From Chloroflexota bacterium (lineage in GTDB: Bacteria; Chloroflexota; Limnocylindria; QHBO01), in the NCBI GenBank assembly GCA_013816405.1, contig JACDEL010000005.1, positions 3,210 through 67,209 on the forward strand: DNA of 64,000 bases. The letters are read 5' to 3'. Shown here in pieces: positions 1-8,727 of this stretch. Numbering within the stretch: position 1 is the stretch's first letter; the number at the start of each line of letters is the position of its first letter. The notes under the pieces are model-generated. The model had not been told where the DNA came from. It ran no database searches and saw only the letters and a program-made list of their open reading frames with translations. The translations under genes were made by a program, and so were the position numbers.

Positions 1-349
1 CAACCGTAAACTTGACGCCGCTTCCCCCATAGTTCTGATCGAGCCATAGACAAACGGACGTGTTGATAGAGCCTTCGTTGTAGGTCGCGCTACTGATGCA
101 GTCATCCCAGTGATCGCCGAATCTGATAAAGCCGCTGTTACAAAGGCCAGCCTGAGTGTGCGGGACGTTGGCTAGGTACGTCGAGCCAGTCGGATAGCAA
201 AACTGCTTCCAATCGCCACTTTGATTGACGTCTTCGTAAACATACAGATAAGCCTGACTGCAAGTCGCCACGACCGGATGCGCTGTAACGACGACAAGGG
301 TGGTTGCCATGCAAAGCGCAACGACACCAGCTGCAAGCTTCCGCGTCAT
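1..349 (-). CDS. Secreted small protein (signal peptide plus beta/gamma-crystallin- or inhibitor-I36-like repeats). Only the 5' part is in the window; the 3' end lies beyond the left edge.
   Basis: Absent from the ORF track because no stop lies inside the window. Minus-strand ATG at 347-349, with SD AGGGAGGAT (complement of 355-363) 5 nt upstream. My translation is MTRKLAAGVVALCMATTLVVVTAHPVVATCSQAYLYVYEDVNQSGDWKQFCYP...SVCLWLDQNYGGSGVKF. That is a hydrophobic signal peptide followed by two Greek-key-like repeats. The family assignment is from motif memory only. Confidence 0.55.
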   Translation of the reverse strand, partial: MTRKLAAGVVALCMATTLVVVTAHPVVATCSQAYLYVYEDVNQSGDWKQFCYPTGSTYLANVPHTQAGLCNSGFIRFGDHWDDCISSATYNEGSINTSVCLWLDQNYGGSGVKFTV

Positions 350-460
350 CGTTGATCCTCCCTACTCGCGGCCTGACCGGCCTCATTGATTCTGCGCCGA
401 CGCCAAGCTGCGGTCAATGAGTAGTTCTCTCGTCATTGGCGACTTAGGTACCGCCGACTC

Positions 461-1171
461 CTACCGTCGCATGAGGCGGATGATCAGCAGCGACCCCTCG
501 AATAAGAGAAACATCACGCCAGACAGCATCAGCGGAGAGATGGGATCGCCCCCCGGCGTGAGCACAATTGCAGCGAGGACGATCGCGAGCACCGCCCAGC
601 GCCTCGCGGCCGACAGACGGCGGTGGCTAAGGATCCCTACGCGGGCGAGTCCGATGAGCACGATCGGAAACTCAAGTACGAGCCCGAATGCGAGCATCAT
701 CGTCGTGACGAAACCAACGTACCGGTCGATCGTAAGGTTCGGGTCCGCTATCCCCTCTGAAAAATGTAAAAGGAAGGCCATAGTGTAAGGAATCACGGCG
801 TAGCCGATGACGACCCCGGTCACGAATAGAAAGATCGCGGCCAGGATTACTGGCCAAACGAAGCGGCGCTCCCCACGCGTAAGTCCTGGACTGAGAAAAC
901 GCCACAGCTGAAACAGGATGATTGGCATGGCAATCGCGATGCCGAGGAAGCCCGCTATTTTCAGCTGCGCCGCCAGCGCGTCGGCTGGGCCCAGAAACGA
1001 GAGGTGCCGATACTCTTGAGGCAGCTGGACCTTTAGGAGATTGACCACATCGCGTGACACAACGAACCCTACGACCGCAGACGCCAAAACCGCGACCACG
1101 ATGACGATCAGACGACGGCGCAACTCCTCAAGGTGCTCGATGAGACTCATTGTCGCGTCGGTATCGGTCAT
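461..1171 (-). CDS. tatC: Twin-arginine translocase subunit TatC
   Basis: ORF 461..1213 is a polytopic membrane protein with TatC hallmarks (SLIEHLEELRRRL near the N-terminus, FLSPGLTRGERR loop, LTPGGDPISP). I moved the start to ATG 1171 (MTDTDATMSLIEH), which has AGGTGA about 8 nt upstream. ATG 1150 is an alternative. Confidence 0.85.
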   Translation of the reverse strand: MTDTDATMSLIEHLEELRRRLIVIVVAVLASAVVGFVVSRDVVNLLKVQLPQEYRHLSFLGPADALAAQLKIAGFLGIAIAMPIILFQLWRFLSPGLTRGERRFVWPVILAAIFLFVTGVVIGYAVIPYTMAFLLHFSEGIADPNLTIDRYVGFVTTMMLAFGLVLEFPIVLIGLARVGILSHRRLSAARRWAVLAIVLAAIVLTPGGDPISPLMLSGVMFLLFEGSLLIIRLMRR

Positions 1172-1657
1172 GTGGGGATCACCTAGGACGCCGCGGTCAG
1201 GAAAGGGACGCAAGCGAGCCTAATGGCGCACGCGGTCTTTATCAGATTGCGCCCATCGACGCTCGTTACGTGACGCGGGTTCCATGGAGCCTACACGGAT
1301 CCTTGCGATGAACGCACCATCCTCACTCTAGCAGTCGGGACCGAGCAGGACGGAGGCGGCGCCGTGAGCGACCTACCGACTCGTTGGCCTCTGGACGAGT
1401 AACCCATACGCTCCAGGCGCCCGATGCCCGCCGCTGTCAACGGGCCGCGGCCCGGGTCCAAGACCTAGGTGTTGTTCCTGAGGTTAGTGAGACATGGACG
1501 CATCAGGACCGATGAGGTGGTTAGCGTCCGGTCATGGACCAACTCAACGGCATCATCGCGCCGACAGACACCGTCGACTGCAGCGACACACGTACCAGGA
1601 GGGACCGGATTTCCTGTTTCTCGCGACCCGCGGTGGGCGACCGCCAGCGTCGCAGCG

Positions 1658-1793
1658 CGTCGCGATCTGAGCGTGGTGCGCCTTAGAGCGCGCTGCGTGC
1701 GGGTGGCACGCGAGCAGGGCATCGCCGCTGCCGTGGCGCTCGGCGTGAGCCGTGCGAGCCTGCACCGCTGGCGGCAACGTCACGCCGTCGGAT
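1658..1793 (+). pseudogene. Orphan helix-turn-helix fragment resembling the N-terminus of IS481/IS3-type transposases
   Basis: Inside ORF 1469..1888: ...VRVAREQGIAAAVALGVSRASLHRWRQRH... Compare the intact IS481 transposase in this window (WSVSRAARAAGISRQSGSKWWNRYR). No catalytic domain follows. Confidence 0.3.
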
Positions 1794-1908
1794 CCTCGCC
1801 TCGCGGTCAGGGGAGCCGAGATCTACATAGAGCAAATGCGGCTTGGCGGCCGCAACGCCGATGCAGAGGTCCGACTCCGTCTATATGAGCCACGCCAGTT
1901 CTGTGCGG

Positions 1909-2307
1909 TCACGACCGCAGCCGCCGATACGCCTCCTGCGCGCGCTCATCGGCCGCCGAGGCGCCGTAGCGGGAGAGCATGTCGCGACTCTTCCAGGCGG
2001 CCAGGCGCATGAGATCGCCCTCGGTGCCGCCGTCAGAGAGCCATTGGTGGGCGAAGGTATGGCGGAACAGGTGCGGGTGCAGCTTGGGCATGCCTGCCAG
2101 CGCGCCGCGGCGGCGGAGGACCTGGGCCAGGCCGGTATCGGTCAGGCGGCCTTTCTTGCCGAGCCAGAGCCAGAGGCTGTCGGCGTCGAAGTGCAGTTTG
2201 CGGACGCGGAGGTATCGGTCCAGGGCGCGGCTGGTCTGGCGGTCGAAGGGTCAGGCGCGCGGGCGGCGGCCTTTGCCCAGCACCAGCGCCACCTCGTGGT
2301 CGAAGTC
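1909..2307 (-). pseudogene. Tyrosine recombinase (XerC/phage-integrase family) C-terminal remnant with an in-frame TGA
   Basis: ORF 1909..2091 reads [43 protein letters not shown] (H-x-x-R ... W ... Y catalytic box). The same frame upstream reads ...[66 protein letters not shown], with the stop at 2251-2253. The N-terminal core-binding domain is missing. Confidence 0.75.
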
Positions 2308-3065
2308 GGATTCCGCGCCGCCCTGGACTGCGACGTCATCTTCTCGTGCGTCGATAGACCCTGGCCACGTGCTGCGCTCAACCTGATTGCTCTTGCGCAC
2401 CTAATTCCAGTGATCGACGGCGGCATCGCGGTCCGTTCGCGAGGGGGCCGCTCATTGATTGGAGCCGACTGGCGTGCGCATGTCGCCGCACCCGGGCGAC
2501 GTTGCCTCGAGTGCACGACGTCCTCGACGCGCAGGCCGACGCACTCGCCGCGCTCGTCCTCGTCCCAGCGCAGCTCTGCCCAGGCTTCGGCCATAGCCAC
2601 GTCGTCAAAATCAACGGGGGCGAGGTCCGGGTCGAAGGCGTCGGCTTCGGGATCGAGCGCTTCCGAAGACCGCATGAGCCTGACCAGAAATCGCTCAGCG
2701 CCTTGGACGAGGGCGCGGTCCTCAGTCCAGTAGCCGAACTCCAAGTTACGGCGCGACGAGCGAGTGAAGTTCGCTGACGATATCCAGAGCCGGCAAGGCG
2801 TGAATCCGATGACATCCTCGACGTGGCCCAGCGGGCCCTCGTCGTGCCACCAGAGATGACCGAGGAGTGCCAGCTTGGCGTGAACAATCGGCGGAAAGGA
2901 GCCAAGCCGCCGGTAACCCAGTGTCCGAATCGTGGGTACAACTGCAGTGTCCATCGGTGTGTACGGCCCGACGATCGCTGGCTCGCCGTCGACTTTCAGT
3001 GCGAGCCCCCTCAGGTCTGCGAAGGCTCGAATCGGCCTCCCCAGGCGTGCGCTCGTTGAGCGCAC
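2142..3065 (-). CDS. Phospholipase-D/HKD-family nuclease-like protein (single HKD motif); the 3' third is probably not native
   Basis: The first ~185 aa look like a real protein: ...[21 protein letters not shown]...[23 protein letters not shown]. This gives H-x-K ... SSANFT, as in Nuc/BfiI-type PLD nucleases. Beyond ~2520 the frame becomes Arg/Ala/Ser-rich and runs antisense through the ThiF and integrase remnants, so the native stop was probably lost. Confidence 0.5.
   Translation of the reverse strand: MRSTSARLGRPIRAFADLRGLALKVDGEPAIVGPYTPMDTAVVPTIRTLGYRRLGSFPPIVHAKLALLGHLWWHDEGPLGHVEDVIGFTPCRLWISSANFTRSSRRNLEFGYWTEDRALVQGAERFLVRLMRSSEALDPEADAFDPDLAPVDFDDVAMAEAWAELRWDEDERGECVGLRVEDVVHSRQRRPGAATCARQSAPINERPPRERTAMPPSITGIRCARAIRLSAARGQGLSTHEKMTSQSRAARNPTSTTRWRWCWAKAAARAPDPSTARPAAPWTDTSASANCTSTPTASGSGSARKAA
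2311..2515 (+). pseudogene. ThiF/E1-like adenylyltransferase fragment
   Basis: Part of chimeric ORF 1843..2733: [68 protein letters not shown]. This resembles the segment after the nucleotide-binding fold of bacterial E1-like (ThiF/MoeB-type) enzymes, up to the C-x-x-C. No GxGxxG part is present. It abuts the integrase remnant at 2308-2310. Confidence 0.5.
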
Positions 3066-3517
3066 GCAGGGGCTCTAACTTGACGGCCGCCCGCCCACGA
3101 CGAGCGGCATGGCGATCGACTACCGGATCCGCTACGCGTTCGCCGTGACGCCACCCGCCGAGCTCATCGCCTACGGCGGCGCGGCCGACGTCCTCTCGAA
3201 CCTCCTCTTGGAGATCGACCCCGAGCATCCCGCGCTCTGGGAGTTCGCGACCTTCCTCGGAACGCTCGGCGCTCCTTGAGCTGCTCGTTCCGCCAGGGCG
3301 GTGGCTGACCGAGCCAGCGGCATCGAGCGGATGGTTGACGGGTCGCGTTCGTCGTCGAGGAGTCGGCGCGCTAGGCGGTTGGGTGAGGGGAGGACACCGA
3401 GGTGGCGGCATCCGAGTCCGCGGAGCGCGCAGTAGCCGTAGGGGCGTCGGCTTCCGATCGGAAACCTCTTGCAGGGCGGCCAAACTTCCTGATAGGATCG
3501 TTACAGGAGTTGTAACG

Positions 3518-4333
3518 ATGGACTCAGAACCTATGAAGCGGACGCTCTCCCCACGGCTGGCGGACGTCGTGGCCGAGCTCGAGCTGCGTCAAGCACAGAC
3601 CGTCTCCATCGAGGACGTTGCCAGGTATCTGGGGACCGATCCGGCTTCGTCTGCGACGCGGCGCATCATCGGCCGGCTCGTCGCACAGCGGTGGCTGGTA
3701 GCGCTTCCGACCCGGGGCCGCTACGAGTTCCTCCCCGCCAGCGGCGGGCCATTCTCCCGCAACGACCCGCTCGCGGGTCTTCGCGCCGCAATCGCTCAGC
3801 GGCCCAACCTTCGGGCTCAGATCGGGCTGTCGGCGGCGGCGTTCCTCCGCGGCCTCGCGGACCGCGCGCCGCGGCGCTATCAGCTTCTCGTCGCCGCGGC
3901 GCAGCCGCTCTCGGCGGCCTTCACACGCGAGTATAAGGTCCACCGCGTCGCACCGACGCGCCTCTTCGGCGCTGAGCCGATCCGCGAGGTCCCGGTGTCG
4001 ACGGTGGAACGACTCGTCGTGGAGGCCGCGCTCTGGCCGGATCGCATCGGCGACCTTCGGTCGGCGGCGCATTGGCTGGGCGAAGCCGTACAGCGGGCCG
4101 ACCATGGCCCGCTCCTGGAGATGTTGTCGGCGCTCGCCTCCGACCGGACCACCGCTCGAGCCGGCTACTTCGCCAAGGTGTTCGGCCGGCCCGACCTGGC
4201 GGGTGAGATCCGCGGTCTCGGGCGGTCGCCGGTCGCCGTTCCACTCTCGCCCTCAACGCGGACCGGGTCCGATACCCCGCGCGACGCCGAGTTCAATGTC
4301 CTCGACAACGTCGGGGTCGCCTCGCGCCGATGA
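3518..4333 (+). CDS. abiEi: AbiEi-family antitoxin/transcriptional regulator (type IV TA)
   Basis: ORF 3335..4333. ATG 3518 (MDSEPMKRTLSPRLADVV...) has AGGAG at 3505-3509. It has an N-terminal wHTH (VSIEDVARYLGTDPASSATRRIIGRLVAQRWLVALPTRGRYEF) and the AbiEi C-terminal region. Its stop overlaps the next start (ATGA at 4330-4333). Confidence 0.8.
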   Translation: MDSEPMKRTLSPRLADVVAELELRQAQTVSIEDVARYLGTDPASSATRRIIGRLVAQRWLVALPTRGRYEFLPASGGPFSRNDPLAGLRAAIAQRPNLRAQIGLSAAAFLRGLADRAPRRYQLLVAAAQPLSAAFTREYKVHRVAPTRLFGAEPIREVPVSTVERLVVEAALWPDRIGDLRSAAHWLGEAVQRADHGPLLEMLSALASDRTTARAGYFAKVFGRPDLAGEIRGLGRSPVAVPLSPSTRTGSDTPRDAEFNVLDNVGVASRR

Positions 4334-5271
4334 TCACGCTCGGCGGCGTCAACCAGATCTCGCGGTACTACGGCGGGAGGGCTTTCGACCAGGCGTTTCT
4401 CGAGCTCGCACAGGAGCACCTCCTCCTGTGGATGGTCCGCGAGGGGCTCTTCGCGAATGGTCCGGAGGACGTGGTCTTCAAGGGGGGAACGGCGCTCCGG
4501 AAGTTCCGGCTTGCCCTGCGCGGCCGCTTCTCGACCGACCTCGACTTCGCGATTGCCCGAGCGGAGTACGCGGAGCATGTGCTGCTCTCGCTCGACGAGG
4601 GCTTCGAGATCGAGGGCGTCTCGTTTTCGGTACCGCACGGAGCGATCGATTGGGGCGCTCTGAAGGCGCGCTGGATCGCGACGAACGATCTCGCGACCTC
4701 GGTCGAGTCGAAACTCGACTTCTCCCTGCGAGCGACGCTGCTGCCACCGGAGATCCCGACGAGCCGTGCTGCCATCCCTGGGGTCGTCCGCGACTTCCTC
4801 GGCTTCGACCCACCACTCGTCCCGCTGATGGCCCTCCCCGAGAACCTCGCGGAGAAGCTCGCGCGCTTCCGCCGCCTGATCTTTGCGCGCGACCTATACG
4901 ACCTCTGGAAGCTCGGGTCCCTAATCCGCGACGAGATGGAACTGGTCCGGACGATCGTCGGGTTCAAGGTCTACTTCGACATCATCGAGGAGGGACAGGC
5001 AGGAACGCGACCATTCCGAGGCGGCGTTGAGTTCCAAGGTCGCCGAGCCGACGAGGTCGTCGACCCCGACGACCTCGGGCTCGTGATGGGGGAGCCGGCC
5101 TCGATCCCAGACATGCTCGCGGCCATTCACGGAGTCTTTGGAGCGATGGGCGCGCCCTCCGGTGCGGTCGACGAGCGCGTCGCACGCATCGACCCGACCG
5201 ATGCCTACTGGGTCCGGCAGCAGTACGAGCGATTGCGTAAGGAGTTCCGAGCCCCGACGGCCGCGGGATGA
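4330..5271 (+). CDS. abiEii: AbiEii/AbiGii nucleotidyltransferase toxin (DUF1814)
   Basis: VVFKGGTALRKF, RFSTDLDFAI and ENLAEKLARF...ARDLYDLW are the signature motifs of the AbiEii NTase family. It is translationally coupled to abiEi. Confidence 0.85.
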   Translation: MITLGGVNQISRYYGGRAFDQAFLELAQEHLLLWMVREGLFANGPEDVVFKGGTALRKFRLALRGRFSTDLDFAIARAEYAEHVLLSLDEGFEIEGVSFSVPHGAIDWGALKARWIATNDLATSVESKLDFSLRATLLPPEIPTSRAAIPGVVRDFLGFDPPLVPLMALPENLAEKLARFRRLIFARDLYDLWKLGSLIRDEMELVRTIVGFKVYFDIIEEGQAGTRPFRGGVEFQGRRADEVVDPDDLGLVMGEPASIPDMLAAIHGVFGAMGAPSGAVDERVARIDPTDAYWVRQQYERLRKEFRAPTAAG

Positions 5272-5346
5272 CCCCGGGCCGGCGCAGCTCGCGGTGGACC
5301 TCCGCCCAGTCCGGGACCGGCCGCTGATCGGGCGGCGGCGGCGCCT

Positions 5347-5904
5347 CTAAATGAACTCGATCCAGGACTCGAACTGAAGTACAACAAGTTCTATATCGGC
5401 CTTGCGAAGGATGGACGCCCAAACAATTTCGTCTCGTTCAGACCGCAAGAGGACTAGCTCCGAGTAGACATCAGACTCGAGCGGTCCGACGACACGCAGG
5501 CCCAACTCGACACCTCGGGACTTGACGTCATGGACTACGACGCCCGCTGGGGCCAGTACCGGATCCCTGAAGTAGCTGTCGGCGCCCACCCACAGCTCTG
5601 GCGGAATCGCCCGATCGCGATGCTGGTAGTACATGTACTCCCACCCGTTGAAGCCGATGAACGCGTAGTTGCCGAAGCGTGCCCAGTCGTCCCGGGATAG
5701 CGCGTCGGGCGTCGCGTACCCCGTGTTTACGACCCTGGCCAGGCTCTCGTTCTCGATCATCATCTCCATCGGCCGCTGCGCGAGCGACAAGGCGTTGTAG
5801 TGCGCCTGGCTGCGCAGCACTTTCGTGTTGTCGCGGATCTGAAACCCCAGGTACACGACCGACACGATGACCGCAATCGCGCCGGTAACCTCCGTGGTGC
5901 CCAT
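5347..5904 (-). CDS. Small membrane-anchored protein of unknown function; native 3' end probably replaced
   Basis: ORF 5347..6258. Only the part from ATG 5904 looks coding (MGTTEVTGAIAVIVSVVYLGFQIRDNTKVLRSQAHYNALSLAQRPMEMMIENESLARVVNTGYATP...), with GGAG ~10 nt upstream. The last ~70 codons read antisense through the remnant at 5350-5570. Confidence 0.5.
   Translation of the reverse strand: MGTTEVTGAIAVIVSVVYLGFQIRDNTKVLRSQAHYNALSLAQRPMEMMIENESLARVVNTGYATPDALSRDDWARFGNYAFIGFNGWEYMYYQHRDRAIPPELWVGADSYFRDPVLAPAGVVVHDVKSRGVELGLRVVGPLESDVYSELVLLRSERDEIVWASILRKADIELVVLQFESWIEFI
5350..5570 (+). pseudogene. Remnant of a conserved hypothetical C-terminal module (KYNKxYIG...NNF...DYDxRWGxYRI type; DUF5655-like, name uncertain) with an in-frame TAG
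   Basis: My plus-strand translation is NELDPGLELKYNKFYIGLAKDGRPNNFVSFRPQED*LRVDIRLERSDDTQAQLDTSGLDVMDYDARWGQYRI. There is no start codon and no upstream part. Confidence 0.4.
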
Positions 5905-6035
5905 GCCACCTACTCCAAACGTGATGACCCGATGATGACGGGGATGAGATACGAAATCCCATGCTCCAGCCGCGATTCCCCACCTTCGGCTGCTACTCTG
6001 ACGGATACCGATACCCGCAGCCCAGCGGGGCACCC

Positions 6036-7829
6036 ATGACCAACCAGTCGCAGACCCCTCCGAGCCTGTGGCGCGGCACGGTTGCGATGATCCTCTCGAA
6101 CCGCATTCAGCTCGCCGATCTGCCGGTCGGTGCGCGTTGGCTTGCGCGGGTGGCGCTCGCACTTGCGGTCGTGATGGCCGTCCTGTTGGTGGCGACCCCG
6201 CTGAATCTCCGCCTGCCGGGCGGAGGCCTCGTGGTCCAGCGCTCTGACAATCCGACAATCAACCGTCTGGTCTTTGCCATCGTGATGATTGGCTTCGCAG
6301 CCGGGCTCGCGGCACTTGGCTATGCCGTCAGCGTGGGAGTTTTCCGTCGCTGGCGCCTGGTCGTCACTGGCATGGGACTGGCTGCGCTGGCGACGATACC
6401 CGCCGATGCGCTTGGCATCGGCCCTCCCTGGGCCATTCCGATCATGTTGCTGGGTCTGGCCAGCGGCTTCGCGCTGTTTGCCGCCCTCATCTTCGGGATT
6501 CCGCGAGCGAGGTGGATCCTTCCGGTCCTGGCGGGAATACCTCCATTGGTCGGCCTGGCCATGGTCGTGACGGCCGGGATGTTCGACCTGCCCACTGGCT
6601 ACACCCCCGCCTTCTTCGAAACGTATGAGCTGACCCCGGTGATGACTCGTCTCGCGGCCACGGACGCAATGTTCATCGTCCTGGGACTGTGGGCGACGGT
6701 GGAATACGGCCGCGGTCTGGGGAAGGGGGCGGCCCAATCGGGTCAGATCACGGCGAGCCTGTGGCTCCTCCTGCCGGTGCTGCTCGGGATCAAGGCCGCC
6801 TGGCTCGTGCTGACTTCGCTCGGGTGGCTCCCAGGACCGCTCATCCCGGCTCGGACTGCCGGAGGCATTGTCTTCGGGGACGAGTCCTGGCTGAGCCTCG
6901 TGCAGGCAATCGCCTTCGGAGGCGTCATTGGGTTCTGGCTCCTCCGCAGCCGGACGCGCCCGGACCGCCAGGGGGTGCTTCCGGCCCTCCTGTTGGTTGC
7001 CGTTCCGCTTGTCGGTGCGTTCATCCTCCCGCAGCTCGGGCTGGCGATCGACGGGTTCATCTCCGACTTTGGGACAAGGCTGACACTGATTCCCCGCGAT
7101 CCCCAACCAAAGCTGGACGACTTCGTGCTCTTACTCGACCGAAGCCAGGACGTGCTTCTCGCCGCTGCCCCGGCAATCGCCGCCTACTTCGCGGCGGCAG
7201 CCGGCCTGCTGTCGCTAGCGCGGCGCGGATGGAGGGGCGGCACCATCTTCCTGCTCGCATTTGCGGCGTGGACGATCGTGCCCTCCACGACGTGGCTCAT
7301 CAGGGAGGGCTTCGGCATCACGACGCTCTTCGAAGGCCCCATGATCGGCGACGGCACCGAGGCGATCCTCGGCCAAGTCCACCCGATCACGCTCGACTTG
7401 GTGCTGACGGCCGTGGTCCTGGGGTTGAGCATCGCCTGGTGGGCGGGATGGCAGAAGCATGTGCGACCGCCGGAGCTGTTGGTCGTTCTCGTCCTGTCGA
7501 CCCTCGTGGCCTACGGTGGCAGTGCCGCGGGCATCTTCGGGGTTGTCCTGTTCTGGGTCGGCCTGGGGTTCCCGATCCTCGCCCAGTTTGTCTTCGACGC
7601 GCGCGCGCTGAACGAGGAACGTCCAGGCCGCGACGGCCGAGTCCTCGCCGCTCTGGGCTTCGCACTGCTGGTCTCAGCCTCGACCATCCTGCTGATCGCA
7701 CTCGAATTCGTCGGTCCTGATCATCCCGGGTTCGAGGCGTTCGCCAAACGACTCTTGCTTGTTCCGCTTGTGGTCGTGCTGGCAGGTGCGGCAATCTTTC
7801 GGCCGCCACCGCGACAGGCAGCCGCCTAG
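6036..7829 (+). CDS. Large polytopic integral membrane protein, unknown function
   Basis: ORF 5961..7829. ATG 6036 (MTNQSQTPPSLW...) is followed by more than 12 hydrophobic helices separated by short loops. The overlapping minus ORF 5910..7106 is Arg/Gln/Pro-rich shadow. Confidence 0.7.
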   Translation: MTNQSQTPPSLWRGTVAMILSNRIQLADLPVGARWLARVALALAVVMAVLLVATPLNLRLPGGGLVVQRSDNPTINRLVFAIVMIGFAAGLAALGYAVSVGVFRRWRLVVTGMGLAALATIPADALGIGPPWAIPIMLLGLASGFALFAALIFGIPRARWILPVLAGIPPLVGLAMVVTAGMFDLPTGYTPAFFETYELTPVMTRLAATDAMFIVLGLWATVEYGRGLGKGAAQSGQITASLWLLLPVLLGIKAAWLVLTSLGWLPGPLIPARTAGGIVFGDESWLSLVQAIAFGGVIGFWLLRSRTRPDRQGVLPALLLVAVPLVGAFILPQLGLAIDGFISDFGTRLTLIPRDPQPKLDDFVLLLDRSQDVLLAAAPAIAAYFAAAAGLLSLARRGWRGGTIFLLAFAAWTIVPSTTWLIREGFGITTLFEGPMIGDGTEAILGQVHPITLDLVLTAVVLGLSIAWWAGWQKHVRPPELLVVLVLSTLVAYGGSAAGIFGVVLFWVGLGFPILAQFVFDARALNEERPGRDGRVLAALGFALLVSASTILLIALEFVGPDHPGFEAFAKRLLLVPLVVVLAGAAIFRPPPRQAAA

Positions 7830-7850
7830 AAAATCACTGGCTGGCCATTC

Positions 7851-8219
7851 TAGGTGCGAAGCAGACCCTCAACCGACAGGTCTTCGTCCAGCTCCTCCCA
7901 GCGGATCCCAACCCCGCGTCCGATCAGCCGCCACTGCTGTCGTTGCTCGGGCGATCAGAGGCCAAGCATCGGAACCACGCGATGGGGACGCGCACGCTTC
8001 GGCCATCGTTCAGCGACACCGACAGGTGCGTCCGCCCAACCTGGACCTTTGTCGCACGGACCGAAGAGGGGCCGAAGAAGTCCTTGAGCTCCCGTTGGTG
8101 GGCCACCACGAGACGGCCGATGCGGGCAACCTCCACCCCATTGTATCCGGCGCTTTTCGCCAAGCTGACTGGCTCCAGAAGAAGAACCGATAGGGACCGG
8201 CGCGCAGCACGGTAGGCAC
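7851..8219 (-). pseudogene. Decayed DUF4160 / DUF2442 gene pair (internal deletion plus frameshift)
   Basis: MPTVLRAGPYRFFFW (DUF4160 N-terminus, ORF 8010..8219) jumps frame into ...LEPVSLAKSAGYNGVEVARIGRLVVAHQRELKDFFG (DUF4160 C-terminus). The central EPPH(V/I)HV block is missing. Next comes VRATKVQVGRTHLSVSLNDGRSVRVPIAWFRCLAS (DUF2442). A 1-nt shift near 7940 then leads to SPEQRQQWRLIGRGVGIRWEELDEDLSVEGLLRT*, ending at 7851. Confidence 0.6.
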
Positions 8220-8327
8220 GGACCGACCCTAGCGACAACCTCGTTACCACCCACTTACCGCTTGCCCGCGCTGCTACCCTCTCCCGAGGATCAGGCGCCC
8301 ACCTGAGCCACACCTTGCGGGGGACCG

Positions 8328-8545
8328 ATGACTGACTTCGCCACCAACGTCCTCTATTAGTGCGACAACCTCGACATCCTGCGTCGCTACCTGCCCGATG
8401 CCAGCGTCGACCTGGTCTACCTCGACCCGCCCTTCAACTCGAATCGCGACTACAACGTCATCTTCCGCGACGAGTCGGGCAACGCGACCGATGCCCAGCT
8501 GCTGGCCTTCGAGGACACCTGGCACTGGGGCCCATCGGCCGAGGC
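8328..8545 (+). pseudogene. N-terminal remnant of an N6/N4 DNA methyltransferase (DPPF motif) with an in-frame TAG
   Basis: MTDFATNVLY*CDNLDILRRYLPDASVDLVYLDPPFNSNRDYNVIFRDESGNATDAQLLAFEDTWHWGPS. This is the canonical start of PF01555-type methylases (LYxGDNL, DLIYLDPPF, DTWxW). The rest of the enzyme is absent. Confidence 0.75.
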
Positions 8546-8727
8546 GACTGACTCCAGCGGTGGCGGTGCTAGGAGTAGGCCCCGCGAATCAACTGTCACT
8601 GGGCGTCGAGGGTTGCCGCGACGCTCATGAACCGATGACCGATGGTGTCATGCGTCGGTCCGGAGCGCGGGCGCAGTCCAGCATACCGGCAGCCCGCCTA
8701 GTGGCTGCTTTCCTAGCCTCAACGCGC

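Noticed and set aside
1843-2733. 296-aa plus-strand ORF treated as one gene
   Set aside because: It is chimeric. Only 2311-2515 resembles a known fold (ThiF/E1). The rest is antisense to the integrase remnant and to the PLD-like gene.
3335-3517. N-terminal 61-codon extension of the AbiEi ORF
   Set aside because: It is Arg/Gly-rich, and the good SD (AGGAG 3505-3509) serves ATG 3518, where the wHTH domain begins.
5910-7106. 398-aa minus-strand ORF overlapping the large membrane-protein gene
   Set aside because: It is extremely Arg/Gln/Pro/His-rich with no hydrophobic core. This is a typical high-GC shadow frame of the plus-strand polytopic membrane ORF, which has a coherent TM pattern.
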